Made by a program: the position numbers and the translations under genes. DNA of 20,000 nucleotides from Rotaria socialis (lineage: Eukaryota), in assembly GCA_905331295.1 (NCBI GenBank), contig CAJNYD010000061.1, positions 119,247 to 139,246 of the forward strand. Reading direction: 5' to 3'. Positions within the stretch are counted from its first letter, which is position 1; the number at the start of each line of letters is the position of its first letter. The notes beneath the pieces are model-generated. The model made no database searches, had not been told where the DNA came from, and worked only from the letters and a program-made list of their open reading frames with translations. This document shows, in pieces, positions 10,542 through 20,000 of the stretch.

Positions 10542-12325
10542 CATCATAGAAAACGCTTTTCAGTACAGTCTCGCTCGAGCTGAAATGTGGAACTCGCATA
10601 TTACAAATTACGTAGAAACTGACCACATAGAGCGTTTTATTTTTTTAAATAGAATGAGCTTTATAGTTGTTGTTGGAACACGATGGAGAAAAAACTAAAA
10701 AATCCTGAATAAGTGAAAACCCAGAAGCTCTTTCATTTACATAACTTTTAAATACTTCTGAAATTGTCTAACTAGAAAAATGTCTACAGATAAGTTACAC
10801 TTCGATAAATTTTTACTTTTTGAAGCTGTTGATATACAAGAATATAGATAAGAAATATGAAATCAATTTTACATTTAAACATTGTTTTACTATTACTAAA
10901 TAGAATATATTACTCCGGTAAATTTTTTTGTTCCCTCGCTTGTCGTATGATAAAATTTTAAAAAATTTTCACTAAACGAATTCTTATTCTAGTTTATATT
11001 TTATTTCAATTAATACCTCTCTCATAATGATTGAATTATGTCGTCTTTATTTTTATACAGAAACACAGAAAATCATCTTTGAAAACAAAGTTTAATTTCG
11101 CAAGATATAAAAAAATACGCTGAAGCTATGTTTGATTTTGGAAGATTATTTTTAAAAATTCATCAGTTAGTGTGAAAATATGTTCAAGATCCTGCTTCTA
11201 ATGATGATTAACAATGTACTGATGTGATTATAATTTAGTTAAATATTTCTGAAAAAATTAGATGCTATTTCGTTTTCAAATTGATTGAAATGATTATAAT
11301 AGTAACGATAGTTTTTGTTTGCTGCTGAATTATAAATCCTAATATATAGTTTTTCTACGATTTAGAATTCAAGAACTCTTACCAAATCTAAGAAATCTCA
11401 GGTAGAAAAATGTCGTTCAGGCAAAAATTATTTTCTTCTCATTCTGTTTATGTAAGACGATCAAAGATATACATGCTTCCGTTCTAAGCATATATCGAGA
11501 TATTCAATATCTATGACTAGAAATAAAGAAAAGGAGCCTTTCAATATTGTTTTGTATCATTTCTATAAATAAATGTAAATTCTTTGTCCCCGTTTTAACT
11601 CGTTTTTCCTCTGCCATATTACTATCTATACCATTATTTCCATTCTGTCGAAGAAAACAAAATTCGGACTGAATAATATTTCTTCACAAGCCGTGGATAA
11701 AACAGCGCAACATGTAAGAAATAAAAAATACACACCATCCTGAACTTGGACCAAACGAAATCTTTTTTAATAGCACTCCTGACCATAATATATGCGTAAC
11801 AAAGTCTGCAAATGAAAGTATTTTCTTATTCCATAAAACTGTATTACTCCACTGACAGCTAATACTACAATCATGACAATCACCGGCTGCATATTTTCCA
11901 CTTCAAGATACCCGTACCCTCCGCAATTATTCCGCACTTACCCACGATTTTTCTCAAGAACACCTCCATTTTCACTCACAAAACCACAATCTCAGCATAA
12001 GATTAGCTGTTAGGTTCCACATATGACTATCAGAACAACTTTTCCCCATGCAACACGATATACAGTACAGATTGTTCCTGATATATGGTGATCTGGCTTA
12101 TTCATTTCACGCTCAAAATAAACCATTTCTCCTTGACTTTGTTAGGGGTAAAGTATTTTTGCTGGTTATTGAACCATTGGACGATTTTACGGGATGTTGT
12201 CCGCCTCTCCTCATTGATCGTGTATGTTATTCAACTAGCAGTGGATTTCAAAGAAAAATGTTGTATTGACATCGTTTACAATGAGTGAAATTCATTGAAA
12301 ACCTTAATACTAATTATATCTTTTC

Positions 12326-12425
12326 NNNNNNNNNNNNNNNNNNNNNNNNNNNNNNNNNNNNNNNNNNNNNNNNNNNNNNNNNNNNNNNNNNNNNNNNNNN
12401 NNNNNNNNNNNNNNNNNNNNNNNNN
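12326..12425. other. Assembly gap (100 N)
   Basis: Run of N. Confidence 1.
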
Positions 12426-12430
12426 GATAC

Positions 12431-12714
12431 CTTCAATTGATGTTGTTGAATCATCATCTAATCCAAGAATAATATTTGGTTCGTCTTCCGTAACTTCTGT
12501 TGTTTCAGCGAATTTATAATTTAATGGCAATCGTTCAATGCTAACAGGAATATATCCGCCAGTTCGCCATTGATAGACAGTTGTATTTCCATTTTCAATT
12601 AAATATTTAATTACGGATAAAAATTCTTCTTCGCTGTCAGATTTTGATGATGAATGAAAATGTTTCATAAAGTCAATATAAAATTCGACAGCTGATTTTA
12701 ATGATGGAATGGAA
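12431..12714 (-). pseudogene. CDK5RAP3: Isolated internal exon fragment of CDK5 regulatory subunit-associated protein 3 (C53/LZAP)
   Basis: Reads SIPSLKSAVEFYIDFMKHF...FLSVIKYLIENGNTTVYQWRTGGYIPVSIER, matching the family motif LPMLRFVQKRGNSTVYEWRTG.EP.VVER. GT donor at 12430-12429. Repeat DNA, not an N-terminal exon, lies upstream. Confidence 0.8.
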
Positions 12715-12939
12715 CATTCATCGTCATTAGCTAATCCCGTGCATATAAATATCTAATAACTTCATCACTGTGGTGTGGATCTGGGTGCATTGAACAGCAC
12801 CTGCAATCCACATCTATACATCCCACACCCTTAATATGTATTGGCCACGAACTAGCGAATCAAAATTGAGAGACGATTGGTAAAGACACATAGACATTAA
12901 TAATGGTTATGTACCCAATTATTGCGCGAAGAAGGTTTA

Positions 12940-13016
12940 TTAATGCGGTGCGAAGCACCGCATTCATGTAGTCCGTCGCGAGTTTCTTTTAATGCGATGC
13001 GAAGCAGAAGCATTTG
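12940..13016. repeat. GCGAAGC-capped hairpin plus a degenerate second copy (possible Helentron/DINE-like terminal module)
   Basis: Perfect 10-bp stem AATGCGGTGC-GAA-GCACCGCATT, followed by TTTTAATGCGATGCGAAGCAGAAGCATT. Confidence 0.5.
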
Positions 13017-13017
13017 A

Positions 13018-13290
13018 GGGTGTGGGTGTGGGCCAATGAATAATGCACACCCACCCACACCCTCAAGATTTCAGGGGTAACGACGAGTTTGATCGCCACG
13101 AATCTCCAGGAGCATCTAGTTGCCGGCATCATCGCGTATGTTGTCGTTATTATTATATATTTCGTTACGCTTTGTTCTTCTAACGATATATAAATAATTA
13201 AAAATGAGAAGAAGGAAATTGAGAATTATTTTTTTGTACGTGTGAAATGAATGTTGATACGGATTAACGCAAGATCAACACCCACACCCT
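13018..13290 (+). repeat. Dispersed repeat with telomere-like (TGTGGG)/(CCCACA) hairpin modules, copy A
   Basis: GGGTGTGGGTGTGGGCCAATGAATAATGCACACCCACCCACACCC (13018-13062) and GTGTG..ATGAATGTTGATA...AACACCCACACCC (13240-13290). Colinear with the reverse complement of 16794-17353. Confidence 0.7.
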
Positions 13291-13905
13291 TGAATGACTA
13301 TTACCATCATCATTGACTTAAGCTTGGTAAATCGGAAGATAAAACAAGAGCACATTATTGACCATACATGATTTCTTCTCTTGCAGCTACTATAGAAACA
13401 CTCGTTTGATAAGTACAAGTTTATTATTTTCAAAAGAAAAAAACAACGAAAAAGATAAATTACTCTTTGTGCTGCTTAATAAACCACGCTCTTGCTTTTC
13501 CCATTTTTTCACGCACAAAAGTCCATATATCTTAAAAAGAAAAACAAATAAGTCAAAATGAAATCTTATGAAAGTCTACGAATAACGAAGATTTAGTCTA
13601 TTTTTACAAGATATAAACTATTCAACAGTTTAGCTTGAATGACTTTTACATTTGAACTTTTTCTTGAGTTGTCACATAATGTTTGGCATTAATTATACTA
13701 GAATGAATTCATAGGTATATGAAGTGAAGCCATTTAGAATATAAAGGATGAGCCAAAATAATGCATTAATTGTTTCAAACGTAGTAATTAACGGAATCTC
13801 ATCAAGATTTCATCCCTTCTTTGTTAGAAAGAGTAAAGTCTCTACTGCAAAAATATCGTTAACATTTTCTGATAGAGGCTATAGGAGCTTCAGGAGAGAA
13901 ATTTC

Positions 13906-14879
13906 ATTTAAAATGACTAATCTTGTTTTTTTTATTATTCTAATCCGAATTTTGCACGTGCTGGTAGTTGGACAAAAAAGAAGCGCTTTGTATTTTCATT
14001 GCGGCTGAAACTAGCGCTTGAATGATATCCTTTGATGTATGTATTTATTGTCATTCTATATTACAGCCCCTACAAAATACATTCTAGTTCAAAAAAAACT
14101 GTCAAAACGAAGTGCTTCATATGAAAACCATATTTAAATGAGTCCTTTATTACATGATATCGTTCGAAATAAAATACAGCTTCTCTGTGAGACATTGAAA
14201 TTAAAAATTTTTCTAAGAAAATGCGCTTCTATGCTAGACCAACTATCTTATTACAACATGAAGGTCTTCCGTTGACTAAACAACTATATACATATATATT
14301 GGACTCTCAAAGATATCGAAGGAAAAGAAGAAAAAATTTGTTCAAATTTGAAAATTCTCATAAACGCTGCGAAAGTTTCGCAATGCTTTCTGTTCTCAAA
14401 TAACAAACATTTGAAATGATACTAATTTGTATGTGCTTACACTAGGCACTGCTCTTTCTGATAAACAAAGAGATGCCACCGCTGCAAAATATAGTGACAG
14501 TACTGCATCCAAAACAAAATGAATGCAGAACTTTTGCTTCACCGATTATATTAATTGTTTTCATATCGAATAAACTGCGAAGAATGGCTACTACACATAC
14601 AACATATGCAAATGTTGTCGAGGCATCGATGATGAAAATATTTTTCAGTATCAACATCACATCATTTTGGACAGTATCAAATTGATTCAATAAAATTTCG
14701 AAAGAGTAGAATACGATTTTCACAATTCTATTTAAACCCAATTATTTACAGAACTTCGTTGAACAAAAAATTGCTTACAACGATATAATAGAGATTTCAA
14801 TCTCTGAAATGAAATAAGGAAAGTTGAAGACATATTTTTTCTTTGGTGTAAAATTAGCCTTACGACGGACATATCACAG
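13906..14879 (+). repeat. Left arm of a ~98% identical inverted duplication (partner 19027-20000)
   Basis: Mirror ORF coordinates all sum to 33906. About 18 substitutions counted by eye in 974 bp. The arm ends at the single N at 14880. Confidence 0.97.
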
Positions 14880-14947
14880 NCCTTTAAAGTTTTAATACCA
14901 GTTGTACTATTTATTCTAATAGATTTTAAATGTAATTTGATGTGTTG

Positions 14948-15215
14948 TTAAATCTTTCGGTAGTATAACTCCTTTTTTACGTAAGATATGTCGCGTATAA
15001 CGATTTGCCATTCTTCCATGTTAGCTTCTAGAGCATTCTTTTGATATGTACTTATTTGATCTTTTGTAATGAAGCCTGAAAATTACGTTTTGACAATAGG
15101 ATGAATAATATAAACTTGTTTCACCTGCTAATTTTGGATCACTAAAATCTTTTGTTTTGTCTTTGCTTGGTTTCAATTTCACATTTGATAATTGTTCAGC
15201 AAATGAATTACTCAT
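14948..15215 (-). pseudogene. Two-exon 72-codon reading frame, probably the truncated 5' end of a longer gene (exons 15215-15125 and 15075-14948)
   Basis: A 49-nt GT..CAG intron (15124-15076) gives MSNSFAEQLSNVKLKPSKDKTKDFSDPKLAGFITKDQISTYQKNALEANMEEW..., after which the frame closes. The N-terminus resembles a WH2-like helix-LKP motif. Confidence 0.55.
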
Positions 15216-15780
15216 CTTCTTGTTTTTTATCTATCTGAAATCAAAGGGAATCGCGGTCAATATTTCAAGTTTATTTTCTTTTTGTTATTTTCAAATATTT
15301 TTTTACAAATAATCAGTTTTAAAATCATTGATGTAACGTAGTATGATCATATTGCAATCGACTAAATAAAAATGTAGACTAAGACTGTAAGCCATCATTA
15401 TATTAAATTAATATTTTTCATTGCGTATGTATATAACATAGACCGCAATAAATTGGTCTATTACATAAAGTCCTTGGTAGGGATCATAATTACTCATCAG
15501 AATAAAAATAATTTAGCTAAAGGATTTTTTTGCAAAGAGAACTGAAAGAAAACTTATTGGCTAAGAAACCTACCAGCGGTGTAACTCGTCGAAAACGAAT
15601 TATCATTTACTAATACAAGAGTGAAAAGCAAATGACGATGATGTAGATGGCTAGACCAAGTGAAACATTTTCGTCTATACGCATTCGTCGAAATATGAAG
15701 AACCAGTGTCTTATAGTTTAAAAAGTATATTATAAATCGACAAAAAGAGGAGAGTGTGTATGTGTCAGTGGTCAGCACAC

Positions 15781-16792
15781 CAATTATCATTGAAACGAGA
15801 AGCTACCATATATAAAGTATCAGCTTTCATTAGGCAATGGTCCTATAGAGCAGTGCCATCTAGAAGCCGTATGTCTTTGATTTGCAATTAAAAAAAAGGT
15901 AAGTTTAAAAAAAATAGTTCAATGCATATGTTTCTCTTTGTATTTATTTGTCCATTGGTTGTTTATTTATCATTCGATGTAATTTTGCTTTTATGAATCA
16001 TGAACATTGCCAGTGATGAGCAATGTTCGAAAATAAAAGAAGAATGAAGAGAAAATTTCTCATTTCTGCTTAATCAAAATTATATAAACCAGTGATCAAG
16101 TAAGTCAGCACATACTCTATTCTGAATGAAGATTCAAAGTCCGTTGAATAAAATAATTCTAAAAATTGCTGATATCTATTTATTGTCGTAGAAAACGAAA
16201 TTTTGAAATGAATGATCTTGGCAAAATCGATACGTTTTGTTACAAATGTATAGAACAAAATCGAATTTGCAATATGCAACATCGAGAACTACTTGTTCAT
16301 CTTACTCTTCTGAACTTCAATGAAGAAAATATTCGGGTTTGCAATTGTTGCCGTCATGGTATTAACGATCATTTTGATGATGGTGAGTACATTATTTACA
16401 TTTAAAATTTGAGAATGTCGTAAACTATAAAGTATTCGTCAATATGTAAACAGAATCATGGGAACGATCTGTGACATGTCTCTCTTAAGGATAATTTTAC
16501 AACAAAGAAGAAAAGGTCTTCAACTTTACTTATGCCATGTCAGAGATTGGAATTTCTAATGTATATCGTTCGAGAGAATTTTTTCTTCAATGAAGTTTTG
16601 CATGATTTACTATAAATACAATTGTGAAAATCGTATTGGACTCTTTCGAAATTTTACTGTATCAACTTGATACTGTTCAAAAAGATGTCATTTCATCTCT
16701 TTTTTGTTGGAAAGAGCAGTCTTTAGCGTAAACACATACAAATGAGATCATTACAAATGTTTGTTAGTTGAGAACAGAAAGTATTGAAAAAC
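15781..16792 (+). repeat. Tandem segmental duplication, copy 1 (partner 18248-19532)
   Basis: Colinear blocks, e.g. CAATTATCATT...GAGAAGCTACCATA, ATTATATAAA.CAGTGATCAAGTAA, the small ORF and ATTGTGAAAATCGTATT. Diverged, with several indels. Confidence 0.9.
16208..16405 (+). CDS. 65-aa Cys/His-rich putative zinc-binding protein, paralog 1
   Basis: MNDLGKIDTFCYKC...C...CNCCRHGINDH. 42/65 identical to the 18742 paralog with no indels. Candidate 5'-UTR intron 16100-16191. Confidence 0.75.
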   Translation: MNDLGKIDTFCYKCIEQNRICNMQHRELLVHLTLLNFNEENIRVCNCCRHGINDHFDDGEYIIYI

Positions 16793-16793
16793 T

Positions 16794-17353
16794 GTGGAGT
16801 GTGGGTGTTCCGTGAATATGTATCAATATCAACATTCATCCCACACCCATAAAAGATTGACTTTTATGTTTCTTCTTGTTGTTGTAATTTTTTATTTTTT
16901 ATGCGTCATCATGATAACAAAGTGTCAGAAGATACAAAAAAATTACAAAAATATATGCCCCGACGGCAATACCAATATTTTGTTGCAGGTGGCTTGCTAT
17001 CAAACTGGTTGACACACCTTAAAAAAATTTATATTAATTCGATATATATATAAAACACATGATATTATAGCTCAGGGTTCGAATATTTTCCGTCGCGATT
17101 CAGCCCCTGCTCGATTTCAACTAAGCCACGCCAGTCCCAGGCAGAGTCTGACGAGCTGTATCCGATTGGAAACTGTTCCCGAGAAAAAAATAGTTATTCT
17201 GGTCAAAAGCTCGATTTACTGCCAAAAAAAGCTGTAAATGGGGTGTGGGTGTGGGTGTGGGTGTGGGTGTGGGTGCGGATGTGGGTGCGGGTGCGGGTCT
17301 GGGTGTGTGTGGGTGTGCATTATTCATTGGCCCACACCCACACCCACACCCAC
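16794..17353 (-). repeat. Dispersed repeat with telomere-like hairpin modules, copy B; includes the longest (TGTGGG)n-spacer-(CCCACA)n array (17238-17353)
   Basis: About 13 G-rich hexamers (TGTGGG, TGCGGG and variants), spacer GCATTATTCATTGG, then ~4 CCCACA units. A second module lies at 16794-16850. Confidence 0.8.
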
Positions 17354-18050
17354 ATTTCTGGTAAATTTCAGTTTCATAACAACCAGATATGTCTCTAAAA
17401 TCGTCAGGGATGCTAGTATCATAGTAGGAAACGGGATACGTGCGTAGATATATCTTTATTTGTCTCCTCCAGCGCATCAACTTTTGTAGAATAGTCATGA
17501 CGACATCTCCACCTTTATCCAAATAATTTGTACTCAGAATCAGAACGAATACTTAGTACACACTTATTTAACTAAGTTGGGCTCAGGCGAAAGTTCGAAG
17601 TACAGTTGTGAAGTAGTAAATATTAGGACTTGTAGTTACTGTACTTGTACCTATCCAGTGTCTGCTTTCAGCATGAGTTAACATGTGTACGTAAATTATT
17701 AGTACCATTTAATCATGAGTATACTAATAATCCGTTGCATTTATTGCAAGACAAATGTTGCTGATCATTATTTACAAAAATAATATGAAAAGCTGACACC
17801 ATTCGCTTAATTTTTATGTATTTTCTTCTCAGCTAATTTTATTGATCGATCATCATCGCTACTTAATTTTTCCAGCTTTTTTTAGTTAAAAGCTCTTTGT
17901 TCGTAATATTTGTGGTATTAGAAAGAAAGAAAAAAAAGAAATGAATTCTATAACAATATACACTGTACATAGTTATTGATTCCCTTACTTATATATCTTT
18001 TCAGAATATCAAATATTTGATATGAATTAGATGTCACTAAGCTAAAAAGA

Positions 18051-18230
18051 AGTCGGATTTTTTCGGAGTCGGAATCGGACTTCTGAAAAATTTCTCGTCG
18101 GAGTCGGAGTTGGAATCGGAATTGAAAAAAAAAATTTTTCGGAATCAGGTAGGGTTTCGGAATGGAAAATTTTTTTTTTCGGAATCGGGTCGGGTTTAGG
18201 AATCAAAAAGTGCGACTCCGCTGATCACTA
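18051..18230. mobile_element. Truncated hAT-like MITE end with (GTCGGA/ATCGGA)n subterminal repeats
   Basis: Repeated TCGGAGTCGGAATCGG ending in GACTCCGCTGATCACTA (reverse complement TAGTGATCAGCGGAGTC). No matching left terminus was found. Confidence 0.6.
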
Positions 18231-18247
18231 GCCGTACGTCATCATAT

Positions 18248-19532
18248 CAATTATCATTAAGATGAGAAGCTACCATAAAGTACCAGCTTTCGTCGAATCG
18301 GCATTGGCACTATAGACCGGCGCCATCTATGAACCTTACGTATCGGTTGTTTGTTTGAGAAGCTTCACATTATCATTGGTTGCCTTCCTGATCAATCATT
18401 TCATGTGGCTTTGTTTTTCTAAATGACGAGCATTCTTCTTTATCGTCATCGTCAATGCTCGTAAATAAACGAGTGCAGAGAAAATTTTTTCATTTTTATC
18501 AATCTAAATTATATAAAACAGTGATCAAGTAACTGAGTAAATACTCTATTTTCAAATGAAGATTCATAGTCGGGTGATTTTTTTTATTCAAACATGGCGA
18601 TGTTTCTCATTGGCACACATAGTAACCAATGATTTTCTCTTGAGTTTCGTTCATAGCTCAACATAAAATAGTTCTAAAAGTTGTTGATATCTTATTATAT
18701 TTGAATTTTTTTTAATTTGTCTCAGAAGCCGAAATTTTGAAATGACTGATCTTAACAAAATCGAATCATTTTGTTACAAATGTATAGAAGAAAATCAAAT
18801 CTGCAATTTTCAACGTACAACACTTCTTGTATATCCCATTCTTCTGAAAGTCAATGAACAAAATATTCGCGTTTGCTATTCTTGCCATCATGGTGTTAAT
18901 GATCATTTTGATTATGGTGAGTACACTGTTTACATTTAAAGTTTGAGAATTTCGTAAACTATGATACATTTTTGAAATCCTGCATTTTTTCACCACTTTC
19001 AATATGTAAACAATCATGTAGACTATCTGTGATATGTCCGTCGTAAGGCTAATTTTACACCAAAGAAAAAATATGTCTTCAACTTTCCTTATTTCATTTC
19101 AGAGATTGAAATCTCTATTATATCGTTAAAAGCAATTTTTTGTTCAACGAAGTTCTGTAAATAATTGGGTTTAAATAGAATTGTGAAAATCGTATTCTAC
19201 TCTCTCGAAATTTTATTGAATCAATTTGATACTGTCCAAAATGATGTGATGTTGATACTGAAAAATATTTTCATCATCGATGCCTCTACAACATTTGCAT
19301 ATGTTCTATATGTAGTAGCCATTCTTCGCAGTTTATTCGATATGAAAACAATTAATATAATGGGTGAACCAAAAGTTCTGTATTCATTTTGTTTTGGATG
19401 CAGTACTGTCACTATATTTTGCAGTGGTGGCATCTCTTTGTTTATCAGAAAGAGCAGTGTCTAGTGTAAGCACATACAAATTAGTATCATTTCAAATGTT
19501 TGCTAGTTGAAAACAGAAAGCATTGCGAAACT
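18248..19532 (+). repeat. Tandem segmental duplication, copy 2
   Basis: Colinear with 15781-16792. Carries extra segments at ~18571-18660 and ~19250-19430. Confidence 0.9.
18742..18939 (+). CDS. 65-aa Cys/His-rich putative zinc-binding protein, paralog 2
   Basis: MTDLNKIESFCYKC...C...CYSCHHGVNDH. Start context GAAATTTTGAAATG and stop position are conserved with paralog 1. Candidate 5'-UTR intron 18529-18725. Confidence 0.75.
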   Translation: MTDLNKIESFCYKCIEENQICNFQRTTLLVYPILLKVNEQNIRVCYSCHHGVNDHFDYGEYTVYI

Positions 19533-20000
19533 TTCGCAGCGTTTATGAGAATTTTCAAATTTGAACAAATTTTTTGTTCTTTTCCTTCGGTATCTTTGAG
19601 AGTCCAATATATATGTATATAGTTGTTTAGTCAACGGAAGACCTTCATGTTGTAATAAGATAGTTGGTCTAGCATAGAAGCGCATATTCTTAGAAAAATT
19701 TTTAATTTCAATGTCTCACAGAGAAGCTGTATTTTATTTCGAACGATATCATGTAATAAAGGACTCATTAAAATATGGTTTTCATATGAAGCACTTCGTT
19801 TTGACAGTTTTTTTTGAACTAGAATGTATTTTGTAGGGGCTGTAATATAGAATGACAATAAATACATACATCAAAGGATATCATTCAAGCGCTAGTTTCA
19901 GCCGCAGTGAAAATACAAAGCGCTTCTTTTTTGTCCAACTACCAGCACGTGCAAAATTCGGATTAGAATAATAAAAAAAACAAGATTAGTCATTTTAAAT
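19027..20000 (-). repeat. Right arm of the inverted duplication (probably continues beyond the window)
   Basis: Reverse complement of 13906-14879. Confidence 0.97.

Noticed and set aside
11505..12290. Long stop-free stretch on the minus strand (~11505-11903) and plus ORFs 12048/12085
   Set aside because: No recognisable motif or consistent exon structure. Possibly a decayed gene, but I cannot support a call.
14221..14741. ORFs conserved between the inverted arms (and mirrors at 19165-19867)
   Set aside because: Conservation only reflects the ~98% DNA identity. They are disrupted in the diverged third copy (16440-16790). The region may be an unidentifiable decayed gene.
17145..17175. Hammerhead ribozyme-like CTGACGAG...GAAAC
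   Set aside because: Stem II (GCTGTATCCGATTG) does not pair and no convincing stems I or III were found. An Infernal search would settle it.
17121..17522. ORFs with PTPTPT or CGCGCG runs (17121..17522 minus, 17238..17447 plus)
   Set aside because: Translation artefacts of the TGTGGG hexamer array.
17530..17665. GTAC-rich tract ending ...TATCCAGTGTCTG, a possible hAT MITE end
   Set aside because: Too degenerate, and no partner terminus was found.

Overview
AT-rich eukaryotic genomic DNA, most likely from a bdelloid rotifer (inference). This rests on 49-57 nt introns, (TGTGGG)n repeats matching the Adineta vaga telomere unit, and gene types typical of bdelloids. Apparently intact genes: the 5' part of a secreted or membrane LDLa-repeat protein (1-738, minus, runs off the window), a two-exon orphan gene (3873-4343), and two tandem paralogous 65-aa Cys/His proteins (16208-16405, 18742-18939). 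Gene relics: a voltage-gated sodium channel C-terminus, a frameshifted carbohydrate-binding-like gene, a CDK5RAP3 exon and a truncated two-exon gene at 14948-15215. Several non-autonomous DNA elements are present: nested CACTG MITEs, a 1.2-kb fold-back element, a TIR element carrying a tRNA-like head, and a family of telomere-repeat hairpin modules. A ~98% identical inverted duplication (13906-14879 vs 19027-20000) ends exactly at an assembly N, so it may be a mis-scaffolded allele. No autonomous transposase, reverse transcriptase, CRISPR array or rRNA was seen.
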